Counted from the stretch's first letter, positions 20,098 through 31,850 are shown. The stretch is 57,706 bases of DNA from Methyloceanibacter sp. (GCA_035456885.1 DATICH010000161.1:1-57706), one strand, 5' to 3'. Translations and numbers: made by a program. Notes: generated by a model from the sequence alone, not told the origin.

Positions 20098-22470
20098 ATG
20101 GTGCGGTGGACGTGGGCTAGAGGGCTGTTCGCAGCCCTCCTTGTGTTGAGTACCGTCCCGCTCTCGCTGGGTTTGAGCGCGAGCCTCGGCGATCTGTCGG
20201 CGCATGCCCAGGGCACTATCCAGAACATTAGAGTCGAGGGCAATCGGCGCGTCGAGCCGGAAACGATCCGCTCTTATCTGAGCTTCTCCGCCGGCGATTC
20301 CTACGACCCCGCTCTGGTCGACGAATCGCTGAAGACCCTATTCGCCACCGGTCTGTTCCAAGACGTCAGGATCAGACGGGAAGGGTCGACCATGGTCATC
20401 ATCGTGGTCGAAAACCCGATCGTGAGCCGGGTCGCCTTTGAGGGTAATCGGGAGGTCGACGACGAAACGCTCGCTGCGGAGGTGCAAATCAAGTCACGCG
20501 CAGTCTACACCCGCGCGCGGGTGCAAAGCGACGTTGGACGTATCCTCAATGTTTACCGGCGCCAGGGCCTCTATGCCGCTCAAGTCAATCCTAAAATCAT
20601 CAATCTCGACAACAACCGAATCGACGTGGTGTACGAGGTCACTGAGGGCCCGACCACCAAAGTCCGCGGCATCAACTTCATCGGCAACACCGCCTTCAGC
20701 GATTCGCAACTCCGATACATCATCTCGACCACGCAAACGAATATCCTCAGCTTCCTCAAGGGTAGCAATATCTACGATCCCGACCGTCTCAATCTCGATC
20801 GGGAGCTGCTCAGGCAATTCTATTTGAAGAACGGTTACGCCGATGTCCGCATTCTTTCGGCGACTGCCGATCTCGATCGCGATGGCCGCGGCTTCTTCAT
20901 CACCTTCACGATCGAAGAGGGCCCACGCTACCGCTTCGGCGCGATCGAATTGGAGAGCGCACTGCCGTCCCTCCGAATCGATGAGCTCCGGCGCTACATC
21001 CTGACCAGGAGCGGTAGAAGATATAACATGGAGAAGGTCGAGAAGACGGTCGAGGCCCTTACCTTGGCAGTTTCCCTGCAAGGCTATGCCTTCGGCCAGG
21101 TCAAGCCACGTTTCGAACGCGACGAGACGACGAACACCATGAATGTCATCTACGTCATCGATGAGGGTCCGAGAATCTATATTGAGCGTATCAATATCGT
21201 TGGCAATTTCCGCACGCAGGACGACGTGATCCGGCGGCAGTTCCGCCTGGCCGAGGGTGACGCCTTCAATCGCCTGCTGGTGGAGGCGGCGCGCAAGCGG
21301 CTGCGGGCACTCGGTTTCTTCAAATCGGTCGACGTCGAGACCGAACTCGGCAGCGCCCCCGACCGCGTCGTCATCATCGTCAAGGTGGTCGAACAGCCGA
21401 CCGGCGAGCTCTCCTTCGGCGCCGGTTACTCGACAAGCGAAGGCATCATCGGCGACATCAGCGTCACCGAGCGCAACCTCATGGGCAAGGGCCAGTATGT
21501 CAGGCTTGGCTTCTCGGGAAGCCTCGATCGTGCCCAGGTGGATTTCAGCTTCACCGAGCCCTATTTCCTCGACCGCAACTTGGCCGCGGGTTTCGACCTA
21601 TTCCACAAGGAGGTGGATCTGACCAACGTCGCCTCGTTCAGCCAGCGTGACACTGGCGGCAACCTCCGCGTCGGCTTCCCCATCTTCGACAACACGCAAA
21701 TGGGTTTGCGCTACAGATTCCAGCGCGAGGAACTTTTCGATGTCTTATCGAACGCCTCACTCGCGGTGAAGGACGCCGAGGGCGTCGCCTACGTATCGAG
21801 CGTCGGCTATACCATCGCCTACGACACGAGAAATGTCGCTAACCAGCCGACCAGCGGTATTTTCTCTTCGTTCTCCCAAGACCTTGCCGGCGTCGGCGGC
21901 GACGTTAACTATATTCGCTCGGTCGTCGATACACGCGGCTATTATCCCATCACCAACAAGATCACCCTGGTCGGCCGGGTACAGGGCGGCGCCATCGAAG
22001 GCTGGGGCGGCGAGGACGTCCGCTTGACCGATCTGTTCTTCAAAGGCGGCGAGACAGTGCGCGGCTTCGAGCGCGCCGGTTTCGGCCCCCGCGATGCCTG
22101 TACGGACCCCATTACCGATAAGCGAATTAGCAACTGCCAGCAGGATTCTCTTGGCGGCCAACTGTTCTGGGCGACCACCGCTGAAGTGCGCTTCCCGTTC
22201 CCGTTCATCCCGGACAGCATCGGCATGCAGGGCGCCGTCTTCGTCGACGCCGGTTCGCTTTGGCAAGCGAGCCCCGCCGCGGTGGACGCGGTGGTCGACG
22301 AGGAAGGCAGCTTCATCTTCGACAGCTCGCAGGTGCGCCTGTCCACTGGGTTCAGCATCATCTGGCAGTCCCCGCTCGGGCCGTTGCGTGCCGATATCGC
22401 GCAGGCTCTGCTCAAGGCTGACTTCGACAGGACCGAGTTGTTCCGCTTCGGCGCCTCGACAAACTTCTAA
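20098..22470 (+). CDS. bamA: Outer membrane protein assembly factor BamA
   Basis: Signal peptide, POTRA repeats, VRGF motif, WQSPLGPL, C-terminal Phe. Confidence 0.97.
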   Translation: MVRWTWARGLFAALLVLSTVPLSLGLSASLGDLSAHAQGTIQNIRVEGNRRVEPETIRSYLSFSAGDSYDPALVDESLKTLFATGLFQDVRIRREGSTMVIIVVENPIVSRVAFEGNREVDDETLAAEVQIKSRAVYTRARVQSDVGRILNVYRRQGLYAAQVNPKIINLDNNRIDVVYEVTEGPTTKVRGINFIGNTAFSDSQLRYIISTTQTNILSFLKGSNIYDPDRLNLDRELLRQFYLKNGYADVRILSATADLDRDGRGFFITFTIEEGPRYRFGAIELESALPSLRIDELRRYILTRSGRRYNMEKVEKTVEALTLAVSLQGYAFGQVKPRFERDETTNTMNVIYVIDEGPRIYIERINIVGNFRTQDDVIRRQFRLAEGDAFNRLLVEAARKRLRALGFFKSVDVETELGSAPDRVVIIVKVVEQPTGELSFGAGYSTSEGIIGDISVTERNLMGKGQYVRLGFSGSLDRAQVDFSFTEPYFLDRNLAAGFDLFHKEVDLTNVASFSQRDTGGNLRVGFPIFDNTQMGLRYRFQREELFDVLSNASLAVKDAEGVAYVSSVGYTIAYDTRNVANQPTSGIFSSFSQDLAGVGGDVNYIRSVVDTRGYYPITNKITLVGRVQGGAIEGWGGEDVRLTDLFFKGGETVRGFERAGFGPRDACTDPITDKRISNCQQDSLGGQLFWATTAEVRFPFPFIPDSIGMQGAVFVDAGSLWQASPAAVDAVVDEEGSFIFDSSQVRLSTGFSIIWQSPLGPLRADIAQALLKADFDRTELFRFGASTNF

Positions 22471-22537
22471 TTGAAGCGGTTTCCCGCTATGGCTTCGCGT
22501 CATGACCCATGCCGCCATGGCCAGTGCTGAGAGTTCA

Positions 22538-23608
22538 ATGGAACATCCAGGTTTCTTCGAGCGCGCCGGCCCGTTCAGTCTAGCGGAGGTCGCCGAGGCC
22601 GCCCGGGCCGAGCCGGCCGCGGATGCAGATCTCAATGTTCCGATCCGGGATGTCCGGCCTCTGGACAGCGCCGGCCAGGGCGACCTGTCCTTCGTCGACA
22701 ATCCCAAATATCTCCCGCTTTTCACCAGCACGGGAGCGAGCGCCTGCTTGGTCGGTCCGAAATTCGCAGGTCAGGCGCCCACCCGCGTCGCCTGCCTGGT
22801 GACGCCGGAGCCCTATCGCGCTTTTGCCCGGGCCCTGTTGTTGTTCTATCCCGACGCTCTCAATCCGAAGGCGGCGCTCGCCAACAGTCCGGCCGCAGCG
22901 CCGATGGTCCATCCGAGCGCGCGGCTCGAGCCGGGAGCAATCGCGGAGCCCGGCGCGGTCGTTGGACCCGAAGCGCAGATCGGCCGGGGCACCACGATCG
23001 CTGCCGGCAGCGTGATCGGCTACCGTGTGCAGATCGGCCGAGACTGCTATGTCGGCCCGAGCGCCTCGGTAACCCACGCGCTCATCGGTAACCATGTCAC
23101 GATCCATGCCGGCGTTGCCATCGGCCAGGACGGCTTTGGGTTCGCCATGGGCAAGGACGGCCATTTGAAGGTCCCGCAAATCGGCCGGGTCATCGTTCAG
23201 GATCATGTTGAAATCGGCGCCAACACCACCGTCGACCGGGGAGCGCTGCGCGACACGGTGATCGGGGAGGGCACCAAAATTGATAATCTCGTGCAAATCG
23301 GGCACAACGTGGTGATCGGCAGGCATTGCATCATCGTGTCTCAGACCGGTATTTCGGGAAGCGCGGAACTTGGCGATTTCGTGGTTCTCGGCGGCCAGGT
23401 CGGGGTCGTCGGGCACGTCAAGATTGGCGCTGGCGCACAGATTGCGGCAAGCAGTAATGTGCGAGGAGACGTGCCCCCCGGCGTCCGCTGGGGCGGCACC
23501 CCGGCCAAGCCGGTGCGGCTGTGGTTCCGAGAACTCACGCTGTTGCAGAGGCTTGCCGAACGCAAGGATTTGAAGCTTGATCAGGACGATGGCGGGCCCG
23601 GCGACTAG
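22538..23608 (+). CDS. lpxD: UDP-3-O-(3-hydroxyacyl)glucosamine N-acyltransferase
   Basis: Hexapeptide repeats, [30 protein letters not shown]; start could be 22502. Confidence 0.96.
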   Translation: MEHPGFFERAGPFSLAEVAEAARAEPAADADLNVPIRDVRPLDSAGQGDLSFVDNPKYLPLFTSTGASACLVGPKFAGQAPTRVACLVTPEPYRAFARALLLFYPDALNPKAALANSPAAAPMVHPSARLEPGAIAEPGAVVGPEAQIGRGTTIAAGSVIGYRVQIGRDCYVGPSASVTHALIGNHVTIHAGVAIGQDGFGFAMGKDGHLKVPQIGRVIVQDHVEIGANTTVDRGALRDTVIGEGTKIDNLVQIGHNVVIGRHCIIVSQTGISGSAELGDFVVLGGQVGVVGHVKIGAGAQIAASSNVRGDVPPGVRWGGTPAKPVRLWFRELTLLQRLAERKDLKLDQDDGGPGD

Positions 23609-23643
23609 GCCCTTCCAGGCAGAAGTCCAGGGAGCCGGTTTTG

Positions 23644-24111
23644 ATGAATGAGAGCGGAGTAAAGGCAAAGCTCGGGAAGGCGGAGATCACCGACATCCTG
23701 AGGCTTCTGCCGCATCGCTATCCCTTCCTGATGGTCGATCGCATCGTCGACATGGAGGGGGACCGATCCGCCACAGGCATCAAGAATGTGACCGCCAACG
23801 AGCCGTATTTCCAGGGCCACTTTCCCGGCAATCCAGTCATGCCCGGTGTACTCTTGATCGAAGGCATGGCGCAAACCGCGGGCGCCCTTTGCATGCGGCA
23901 CCTCCAGGAATTCGAGGAGCCGCCACTCGTGTATTTCATGGCCATCGACAAGGCCAGGTTCCGGCGCCCGGTAGTCCCGGGCGATACCGTTCATTATCAC
24001 GTGCAGAAGATGCGCAATCGCGGCCGCGTTTGGCGCTTCCGCGCCCAAGCGCTGGTCGACGGCAACCTCGTCGCCGAAGCCGAGGTCAGCGCCGTGATCG
24101 TAGAGACGTAG
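23644..24111 (+). CDS. fabZ: 3-hydroxyacyl-ACP dehydratase
   Basis: [27 protein letters not shown]. Confidence 0.97.
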   Translation: MNESGVKAKLGKAEITDILRLLPHRYPFLMVDRIVDMEGDRSATGIKNVTANEPYFQGHFPGNPVMPGVLLIEGMAQTAGALCMRHLQEFEEPPLVYFMAIDKARFRRPVVPGDTVHYHVQKMRNRGRVWRFRAQALVDGNLVAEAEVSAVIVET

Positions 24112-24121
24112 CCGGGCGAGC

Positions 24122-24928
24122 ATGGCAAATATCCATGCGACCGCCGTGGTCGATCCAAGCGCCAAACTTGGGACGAATGTCGAGATCGGTCCCCTTTGCG
24201 TGATCGGACGCGATGTAGAGCTGGGCGACGGCGTCGTCGTTCACTCACACGCGGTGATCTCTGGCCGCACCACGCTCGGGGCCGGCTGCAAGGTCTATCC
24301 CTTCGCCTCGATCGGCATGCCGCCGCAAGACGTGAAATATCACGGCGAGCCGAGCACCTTGAGTATCGGCCCGAACACCACGATCCGCGAGCACGTCACC
24401 ATCAACCCCGGCACCGAAGGCGGCCACATGGCGACCAAGGTTGGCGCGAACTGCCTGTTGATGATCGGCGTGCATGTGGCGCATGACTGCGTGCTCGGCG
24501 ACAATGTCACCCTGGTGAACGGTGCCACCCTCGGCGGTCATGTTTCGATCGGCGACGGTGCGATCATCGGCGGCCTGTCCGCTGTGCATCAATTCGTGCG
24601 CATCGGCGCCTACGCCTTCGTCGGTGGGATGACCGGCATCACCGCCGACGTCATTCCCTTTGGCATGGCGATCGGCAATCGCGCCAGCCTTTGCGGCCTG
24701 AATATTATCGGGCTGAAGCGGAAGGGCTTTCCGCGCGAGCAGATCCACGAGCTGCGTCAAGCCTACCGCATGCTATTCTCCAGCGAAGGCACGCTTAAGG
24801 AGCGGCTGGAGGACGTGGAGCATATGTTTTCCGCCAACCCCCTTGTGAAGCAGATCATCGACTTCATCAAGACCGAGTCCGATCGTTCATTCTGCGTGCC
24901 GAGCAATGCCGCAACGCCGACAAGTTGA
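24122..24928 (+). CDS. lpxA: UDP-N-acetylglucosamine acyltransferase
   Basis: IHATAVVD, hexapeptide repeats, HVAHDC, VHQFVRIG. Confidence 0.97.
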   Translation: MANIHATAVVDPSAKLGTNVEIGPLCVIGRDVELGDGVVVHSHAVISGRTTLGAGCKVYPFASIGMPPQDVKYHGEPSTLSIGPNTTIREHVTINPGTEGGHMATKVGANCLLMIGVHVAHDCVLGDNVTLVNGATLGGHVSIGDGAIIGGLSAVHQFVRIGAYAFVGGMTGITADVIPFGMAIGNRASLCGLNIIGLKRKGFPREQIHELRQAYRMLFSSEGTLKERLEDVEHMFSANPLVKQIIDFIKTESDRSFCVPSNAATPTS

Positions 24929-24943
24929 AAGAGTCATCGCATC

Positions 24944-25807
24944 GTGGCCGAGGCTACGAAAATAGATGGCACGCTTGGGATCATCGCTGGGCGAGGGCCG
25001 CTGCCTTGCGCGATAGCCGCGTCGGCCTCGGCGCGAGGAGTTCCTCTTCATATCGTTGGGATCCGCGGTGAGGCCAGGGACGAGATCGAGCGATTTCCCC
25101 ATACTTGGGTCAAATGGGGGGAGATCGGCAAGATGTTCCGCGCACTCGAGCAGAACGGCTGCGGCGATCTCGTGATCATCGGCGGTGTGGACCGTCCTGA
25201 CTTCTCAAATTTCAGGCTGGATCTCGGCGCGATCAAGACCTTGCCTTTCATCCTCAGTCTGGGGAAGGGTGGCGACGACCATGTGCTATCGCGGGTGGTG
25301 CGCTTCTTCGAGGAAAAAGGCTACCGCGTGCATGGCGCCGGCGACGTGGCGCCGGAGCTATTGGCAGGCGAGGGGCCCCTCGGCAAGAAATCCCCGTCCG
25401 CCGAGGACAAGACCGATATGGAGATCGCGTTTCGCGTCGTCCGCGAGCTCGGGCGCCTCGATGTCGGTCAAGCCGCCGTGGTTGCCAATGGCTACGTCCT
25501 CGCCGTCGAAGCTGCGGAAGGCACCGACGCCATGCTCGCCCGTTGCGGCGGGCTTCGCGCCGCGGGAAAGGCCGGCCGACGTCATCCTTCCGGCGTCATG
25601 GTGAAAGTCCCAAAGCCCGGGCAGGAGGAACGTGTAGACCTGCCAACGATTGGGCCGGACACGGTAAGGAGGGCGGCGGAAGCCGGCCTTGCCGGCATCG
25701 CGATCGCCGCGAGCCGGGTGCTGATGGCCGAGCGCGCCGCGACCATCGATGCCGCGGACGCGCACGGGCTGTTTCTCGTCGGCGTAATTCTAGAAGACGG
25801 CCCTTAG
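24944..25807 (+). CDS. lpxI: UDP-2,3-diacylglucosamine diphosphatase LpxI
   Basis: [38 protein letters not shown]. Confidence 0.93.
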   Translation: MAEATKIDGTLGIIAGRGPLPCAIAASASARGVPLHIVGIRGEARDEIERFPHTWVKWGEIGKMFRALEQNGCGDLVIIGGVDRPDFSNFRLDLGAIKTLPFILSLGKGGDDHVLSRVVRFFEEKGYRVHGAGDVAPELLAGEGPLGKKSPSAEDKTDMEIAFRVVRELGRLDVGQAAVVANGYVLAVEAAEGTDAMLARCGGLRAAGKAGRRHPSGVMVKVPKPGQEERVDLPTIGPDTVRRAAEAGLAGIAIAASRVLMAERAATIDAADAHGLFLVGVILEDGP

Positions 25808-27126
25808 GCCTGGCGCTGATCGATCGGCACGTAGCTGCGCTCAGTCGCCCCGGTATAGAGCTGGCGGGGCCTGCCGATGCGCTGCGACGGATCCTCGATC
25901 ATCTCTTTCCACTGCGCGATCCACCCGACCGTTCGGGCGATGGCGAACAGCACCGTGAACATGTCGGTCGGGAAGCCAAGCGCCTTCAAGGTGATGCCCG
26001 AGTAGAAATCGATATTGGGATAGAGCTTCTTCTGGATGAAGTAGTCGTCAGATAGCGCGATCTTCTCGAGTTCGAGCGCCACTTTCAGGATCGGGTCGTC
26101 GCCGTGACCCACGGCGTCGAGCACCTCGTGGCAGGTTTTCTGCATGATCTTGGCCCGCGGATCGTAGTTTTTGTAGACGCGGTGGCCAAAACCCATCAGC
26201 CGGAACGGGTCGTTCTTGTCCTTTGCGCGTTTGATATATTCGGGGATGCGATCGACCGTGCCGATCTCCTGGAGCATTTCCAGCGCGGCTTCGTTGGCGC
26301 CGCCATGCGCCGGACCCCAAAGACAGGCGATGCCCGCCGAGATGCAGGCGAAAGGATTGGCGCCCGACGATCCTGCGAGCCGAACCGTTGAGGTCGAGGC
26401 ATTCTGCTCGTGATCGGCATGCAATATGAAGATCCGCCGCATGGCGCGCGCGAGCACCGGGTTGATCTTGTATTCCTCGCACGGCACCGCAAAGCACATG
26501 TGCAAGAAGTTGGCGGAGTAATCGAGCTCGTTCTTTGGATAGGTGAAGGGTTGGCCGATCGAATATTTGTAGGCCATGGCGGCGATCGTCGGCATCTTGG
26601 CGATCATGCGGATGCTGGCCATCTCCCGCTGTGCCGGATCGCTGATGTCGATGGAGTCGTGATAGAAGGCCGACAGCGCGCCGACCACGCCAACCATGAC
26701 CGCCATCGGATGCGCGTCGCGCCGGAAGCCCGTGTAGAACCGCGTCATCTGCTCGTGCACCATGGTGTGCCGGGTGATGCGGTCGGTGAAATCCTTCAAC
26801 TGCGCGGCGGTCGGCAACTCGCCGTAGAGCAGGAGATAGGCCGTCTCGAGGAAGGTGCCCTGCTCGGCCAGCTGATCGATCGGGTAGCCGCGATAGAGCA
26901 AGATGCCCTTGTCGCCGTCGATATAGGTGATCTTGGATTCGCAGCTTGCCGTCGACGTGAAGCCAGGATCGTAGGTGAAGCACCCGGTATCTTGGTACAA
27001 CGTGGTGATGTCAATCACGTCCGGGCCTAACGTGCCCTTGCGGACCGGCAAGTCATACCGCGCGCCGTCGATCAAGACAGATGCCTCGGCGGCGCCCGGC
27101 GCGCGGAGATTTTCTGCGACGCTCAT
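25804..27126 (-). CDS. gltA: Citrate synthase (type II)
   Basis: [46 protein letters not shown]. Confidence 0.98.
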   Translation of the reverse strand: MSVAENLRAPGAAEASVLIDGARYDLPVRKGTLGPDVIDITTLYQDTGCFTYDPGFTSTASCESKITYIDGDKGILLYRGYPIDQLAEQGTFLETAYLLLYGELPTAAQLKDFTDRITRHTMVHEQMTRFYTGFRRDAHPMAVMVGVVGALSAFYHDSIDISDPAQREMASIRMIAKMPTIAAMAYKYSIGQPFTYPKNELDYSANFLHMCFAVPCEEYKINPVLARAMRRIFILHADHEQNASTSTVRLAGSSGANPFACISAGIACLWGPAHGGANEAALEMLQEIGTVDRIPEYIKRAKDKNDPFRLMGFGHRVYKNYDPRAKIMQKTCHEVLDAVGHGDDPILKVALELEKIALSDDYFIQKKLYPNIDFYSGITLKALGFPTDMFTVLFAIARTVGWIAQWKEMIEDPSQRIGRPRQLYTGATERSYVPIDQRQA

Positions 27127-27205
27127 CTAGAAGCTCCTCTGACCATCCCGAGGGGAAATCGCCGACGCAATGGACTTCGATACGACCGCGTCTTAGCGAA
27201 TGTAT

Positions 27206-27252
27206 TTGTTGCAGTGCCACATAATCGCGCCGATTGTGCCGCAGCGCAACAA
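27206..27252. promoter_or_regulatory. Inverted pair of TTGTTGC-NN-TGC motifs upstream of gltA (possible PhaR/AniA-type operator)
   Basis: TTGTTGCAGTGC (27206-27217) and GCAGCGCAACAA (27241-27252) match as an inverted repeat at 10 of 12 positions. Confidence 0.35.
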
Positions 27253-27269
27253 TTGCCGTTGCTCAAATG

Positions 27270-28706
27270 TTAAGCAGACCTGCTTGCATGCACCTGATCG
27301 CTGATCCGGGCAAGCGATTCCTCGCGTCCGAGAACTGCCAGCACATCGAAGATACCAGGGGAAATTGACGCCCCGGTTAAAGCGGCGCGCAACGGCTGGG
27401 CGACCTTACCAAGCTTCCGGCCGGTCTCCTCGGCAAAGCCCTTGACCGCGGCTTCGAGCCCTTCCGCCGACCATGGCTCGACTGCAGCAAGTCGCGGCAA
27501 AAGCACTCCGAGCGTGTCCCGCGCCGTCTGATCGAGCAGCCTCCTGGCCTGCTCGTCCAGGGCCAGCGGCCGCTTGGCGAACAGGAACGACGCATTGTCG
27601 AGGAGCTCGACCAGAGTAGTGGCGCGTTCCTTGAGCCCCGGCATGGCCCGTTCGAGCTGGCGCCAGCCGTCATCACCGATCCGCGCGAGCAGCGCCGCGC
27701 CGTCGGGAAGCTCCGGGACCAGCGTCTTCAAACGCGCCACGATCTCCGCATCCGGCGTATTGCGGAGATAATGGCCGTTCAAATTTTCGAGTTTGGCAAA
27801 GTCGAACCGCGCCGCGGAGCGCCCGATCGCGTCGAGGTCGAACCACGCGATCATTTCTTCCGTCGACATGATCTCCGCATCGCCATGGCTCCAGCCGAGC
27901 CTGACGAGATAGTTGCGCAGCGCCGCCGGCAGATAGCCCATCGCGCGGTAGGCCTCCACCCCGAGCGCGCCGTGCCGCTTGGAAAGTTTGGCGCCATCTG
28001 GGCCGTGGATCAGCGGCACATGCGCATAGAGCGGCGTCGCCCAGCCGAGCGCCTTGAAGATCTGCGTCTGTCGCGCTGCATTGGTGAGATGGTCGTCGCC
28101 GCGGATGACATGAGTAATGTCCATGTCATGATCGTCGACGACGACGGAAAGATTGTAGGTCGGCGTGCCGTCGCTGCGCAGGATCACGAGATCGTCGAGA
28201 TCCTTGTTGGCGAACATCACGCGACCCTGGACGCGGTCCTCGATAACCGTCTCGCCTTCGCGCGGCGCCTTGAACCGGATCGCGGGCTCAACGCCCGGCG
28301 GCGCCTCAGAGGGGTCGCGATGCCGCCAAGTGCCGTCATAGCCCGGCGGGCAGCCCTCGGCGCGGGCGAGCTCGCGCATGGCGGCAAGCTCCTCGGGCGT
28401 CGCATAGCAGCGATAGGCGTCTCCCTGCGCCAACAGCCGCTCGGCGATCTCGCGATGCCGCTCCGCGCGGGTCAGCTGATAGACGGGCTCGCCGTCCCAG
28501 TCGAGTTCGAGCCAGCGCAAGCCGTCGAGGATGGCGAGGATCGCGCCCTCGGTGGAGCGCGCCTTGTCGGTGTCCTCGATGCGCAACAGCATCTTGCCGC
28601 CGGTATGCCTGGCGTAGAGCCAGTTGAATAGTGCGGTTCGCGCGCCGCCGATATGCAGGTAGCCCGTAGGCGAAGGCGCGAAGCGCGTGATGACTTTTTC
28701 GCTCAT
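27270..28706 (-). CDS. gltX: Glutamate--tRNA ligase
   Basis: [33 protein letters not shown]. Confidence 0.97.
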   Translation of the reverse strand: MSEKVITRFAPSPTGYLHIGGARTALFNWLYARHTGGKMLLRIEDTDKARSTEGAILAILDGLRWLELDWDGEPVYQLTRAERHREIAERLLAQGDAYRCYATPEELAAMRELARAEGCPPGYDGTWRHRDPSEAPPGVEPAIRFKAPREGETVIEDRVQGRVMFANKDLDDLVILRSDGTPTYNLSVVVDDHDMDITHVIRGDDHLTNAARQTQIFKALGWATPLYAHVPLIHGPDGAKLSKRHGALGVEAYRAMGYLPAALRNYLVRLGWSHGDAEIMSTEEMIAWFDLDAIGRSAARFDFAKLENLNGHYLRNTPDAEIVARLKTLVPELPDGAALLARIGDDGWRQLERAMPGLKERATTLVELLDNASFLFAKRPLALDEQARRLLDQTARDTLGVLLPRLAAVEPWSAEGLEAAVKGFAEETGRKLGKVAQPLRAALTGASISPGIFDVLAVLGREESLARISDQVHASRSA

Positions 28707-28750
28707 TGGCGGGTTAGCTGCTCGCTCGGACTAGGGATGAATGCCCGCGT

Positions 28751-28779
28751 GATGTAGCATGGGCCTGGGTGCGGGGTAA
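28751..28779 (-). promoter_or_regulatory. gltX promoter
   Basis: Minus strand TTACCC-N17-TACATC; the -10 context GCTACATC fits the Caulobacter-type GCTANAWC consensus. Confidence 0.5.
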
Positions 28780-28821
28780 GGGCAGGGAAGGGGCCGTCTC
28801 TGCCGGTTCTGGGCATAGGCC

Positions 28822-30981
28822 ATGCCGGACCGGGGCGACGAAAGTTGGGGCGAAGAGCGCGCCGGGCCAAGACCGCGCGACAGCCTCTCTGCGACACTGC
28901 TTCGGGCTCTCGCCCGGGCGCTCGAAGCGGAGTCGGACCGGTGATTTCTCTGGCTTCCTATGCTATTCGCCGGTGGTATCATCGCCTATTTCGCACTGGC
29001 CGAGGAGCCGGGCACGAGATTGGCCACGGCGCTCCTGCTCGGCGCCATCGGCATTGGTCTCTTCTTCAGACATGCTCTGCTCGGCATCTGTATCGGCGGC
29101 GCGACCGTTGCCTTCGCGGCAGGCTTCGCCACCGCCAAGCTCCGCACCGAACTGGTCCGCGCGCCTGTCCTCGCCGAGGAGCTGCGCTATGTCAGGGTCA
29201 CCGGCTTCGTCGAGGGACACGAGATTCGCGACAAGGGACGCGCTCGGCTCACTTTGCGGGTGCTTTCTCTCGGCGACCTTGTTCCGGAGCAGCGGCCTTA
29301 CCGCGTGCGCGTCAGCCTACCGGCCAGCGCCAGCGGCGAGGCCATGATCGGCGAAGCGGTTTCCCTCCCCGCGACACTCCAGCCCCCGCCCGAACCAATG
29401 GCGCCGGGGAGTTTCGATTTCGCCCGCCAAGCCTGGTTCTCCTCCCTCGGCGCGACCGGCTACGCCATGAGCAAGATCGTTCCGCTCGAGGTCGCGCCCG
29501 CGCCGCCATGGGACCTGGCCGTCTGGGCGCGCATCGACGCGCTGAGAAACGCTGTCAATCTGCGGACCAGAGCCGCGCTGCCGGGCGAGACGGGAGAGAT
29601 CGCCACCGCACTCATCACCGGAGAGCGAGGCGGTGTGAGCAAGGAGGTGACCGAGGCGATGCGCGATTCCGGCCTCGCCCATATCCTCTCCATCTCCGGT
29701 CTGCATATGGCGATCATGGCGGGCACGGTCTTTTGGCTCGCCCGCGCGTTGCTGGCGCTGGTGCCGGGTTTGGCGCTCCGCTTTCCGATCAAGAAATGGG
29801 CCGCGGTCGTGGCGCTCGGCGCGGCGTGCTTCTATCTCGCCCTGTCGGGAGCGGCCGTTCCGACGGTGCGGTCCTGGATCATGATGAGCATCGTGCTGAT
29901 TGCCGTGATGCTCGACCGGCCGGCGCTCACCATGCGCAACGTCGCGCTTGCCGCGCTCGTCATTCTCATCGCCGCCCCGGAATCGTTGTTCGATCCGAGC
30001 TTCGAAATGTCCTTCGCCGCAGTGATTGCGCTGGTCGCCCTCTATGAGTGGCTGTCGCAACGCGACTGGTACGGACCCCGCGACGTGAGCCCGGTATTCC
30101 GCACCTTACGCAAGGGGGGCGGACTGATCGCCGGCGCCGGCGTCACGACCTTGGTGGCCGGGACGGCGGTCGCGCCGTTCGCCCTCTACCATTTCCACCG
30201 CATGACCCATTACGGGCTGTTCGCCAACCTCATCGCGGCGCCTCTGGTCAGTCTTCTGATCATGCCGATGGCGCTGCTCAGCCTGCTTGCCATGCCCTTC
30301 GGCCTGGAAACTTGGCCGCTCAAAGCCATGGGGCTCGGTATCGAGCTGATGGTGGCCACCGGCAACGAGGTCGCCTCCTGGACTGGCGCCGTGTCGATCC
30401 TGCCGCAAATTTCCGGCGCGGCGCTGATCCTGATCGTGCTGGGCGGTGTCTGGCTCTGCCTCTGGCAAACGCGGCTCCGCGCGCTCGGCCTGGTGATCGC
30501 CGCGGCGGGACTCGCGCTCGCGCCGCAAGGCAATCGCCCGGACATCCTCATCGAGCGAGAGGGAAGCATGGCTGCGCTCCGCTCCGAGAATGGCAATCTC
30601 GTCTTCCCGCAGGCTACGGCCGCCAGCTACAGCGCCGACAATTGGCTACTTGCCGGTGGCGACGCGCGCGACGTCACGGCGGCATCCGACGAAGGCGCCT
30701 TCCGCTGCGACAACCTCGGCTGCATCGGCACCATCAAGGGGAAGATCGTGGCGCTGGTTCGCTACCCGGCCGCGCTCGAGGAGGACTGCCGGCTCGCCCA
30801 TATCGTCATCGCGCCGTTCACCGTTGGCAAGAAATGCCGCGCGGCGCGCGTCATCGTCGACCGCAAGGTGCTGAAAGAGCACGGGGCGCACGCGCTCTAC
30901 ATCGATAGGCTTTCCATCCGCACCGAGACAGTCGCCGCAGCACGCGGCAACCGACCCTGGACGCGAAGGAGCCATCAGTAG
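28822..30981 (+). pseudogene. comEC: ComEC/Rec2 DNA-uptake channel with an in-frame TGA at 28942-28944; an intact ORF resumes at ATG 28960
   Basis: HILSISGLH, PTVRS, SFEMSFAAV competence-domain motifs; the upstream frame from ATG 28822 reads ...ALEAESDR*FLWLPMLF, with a Trp expected at the stop. It may still be functional from 28960. Confidence 0.7.
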
Positions 30982-31676
30982 CGGCGAATGAGTCCCACGA
31001 GCCGGCCCTGCACCCGCACGCGGTCGGGCCCGAAGATGCGCGTCTCGTAGGCGGGATTGGCAGCCTCGAGCGCGATGGAGTCGCCGCGCCGGCGCAGCCG
31101 CTTGAGGGTGGCTTCCTCTTCATCGACCAGCGCCACGACGATATCGCCGTTGCCGGCGTCCTCGCACTTCCTGACGATGATCGTGTCGCCTTCGAGAATC
31201 CCAGCCTCGATCATGGAGTCGCCCTTCACCTCGAGCGCGTAGTGCTCGCCCTTGGAAAGCAACTCCGGCGGCACCTCGATGGTCGAGAGCCGCGTCTGGA
31301 TCGCCTCCACGGGCACGCCGGCGGCGATCCGGCCCATCACCGGCACGGCCACGGTCTGGGGCAGGCTTTCGCCCTCGGCGACCTGCGGCACGCGCCCAAG
31401 GCTGCCCTCGATCACGCTCGGCGAGAAGCCGCGCGACCTAGCGGCGACGCCCTGCGGCACCGAATCCGGCAACCGCACGATTTCCATGGCGCGGGCGCGA
31501 TGCGGCAAGCGGCGCACGAAGCCGCGCTCCTCGAGGGCTGTGATCAACCTGTGGATACCGGATTTCGACTTGAGGTCGAGCGCCTCTTTCATCTCGTCGA
31601 AGGAGGGCGGCACGCCGGACTCCTTCAACCGCTCATGGATGAACATGAGAAGCTCTTTCTGCTTCGGTGTCAGCAT
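30975..31676 (-). CDS. lexA: SOS repressor LexA
   Basis: [31 protein letters not shown] cleavage site, GDSM (Ser), ATLKR (Lys). Confidence 0.98.
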   Translation of the reverse strand: MLTPKQKELLMFIHERLKESGVPPSFDEMKEALDLKSKSGIHRLITALEERGFVRRLPHRARAMEIVRLPDSVPQGVAARSRGFSPSVIEGSLGRVPQVAEGESLPQTVAVPVMGRIAAGVPVEAIQTRLSTIEVPPELLSKGEHYALEVKGDSMIEAGILEGDTIIVRKCEDAGNGDIVVALVDEEEATLKRLRRRGDSIALEAANPAYETRIFGPDRVRVQGRLVGLIRRY

Positions 31677-31735
31677 CTCGTCCCCTCGAGCGGTTAATCC
31701 TTTGTTCGACGCCTTAACGTTTGCCGGACCCGCTT

Positions 31736-31779
31736 GTACAAATCATGAACAGTTTATCTGTTCTGTTTGTGTTCTGCAA
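31736..31779 (-). promoter_or_regulatory. lexA promoter with two LexA boxes
   Basis: Minus-strand TTGCAG-N17-TAAACT; GTTC-TGTTTGT-GTTC at 31760-31774 and GTAC-AAATCAT-GAAC at 31736-31750, both with N7 spacing. Confidence 0.85.
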
Positions 31780-31850
31780 GGGGCAATGCCACCAAATGCG
31801 GTAGGGCGCTCTGGAACTCCTCTCCTCGGGCGATTCGGGTTTCCCGGCCC

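Noticed and set aside
22090-22145. Cys pair in the BamA loop after VRGF (CTDPITDKRISNC)
   Set aside because: A disulfide-containing variable insertion in this extracellular loop is already known, for example in E. coli BamA
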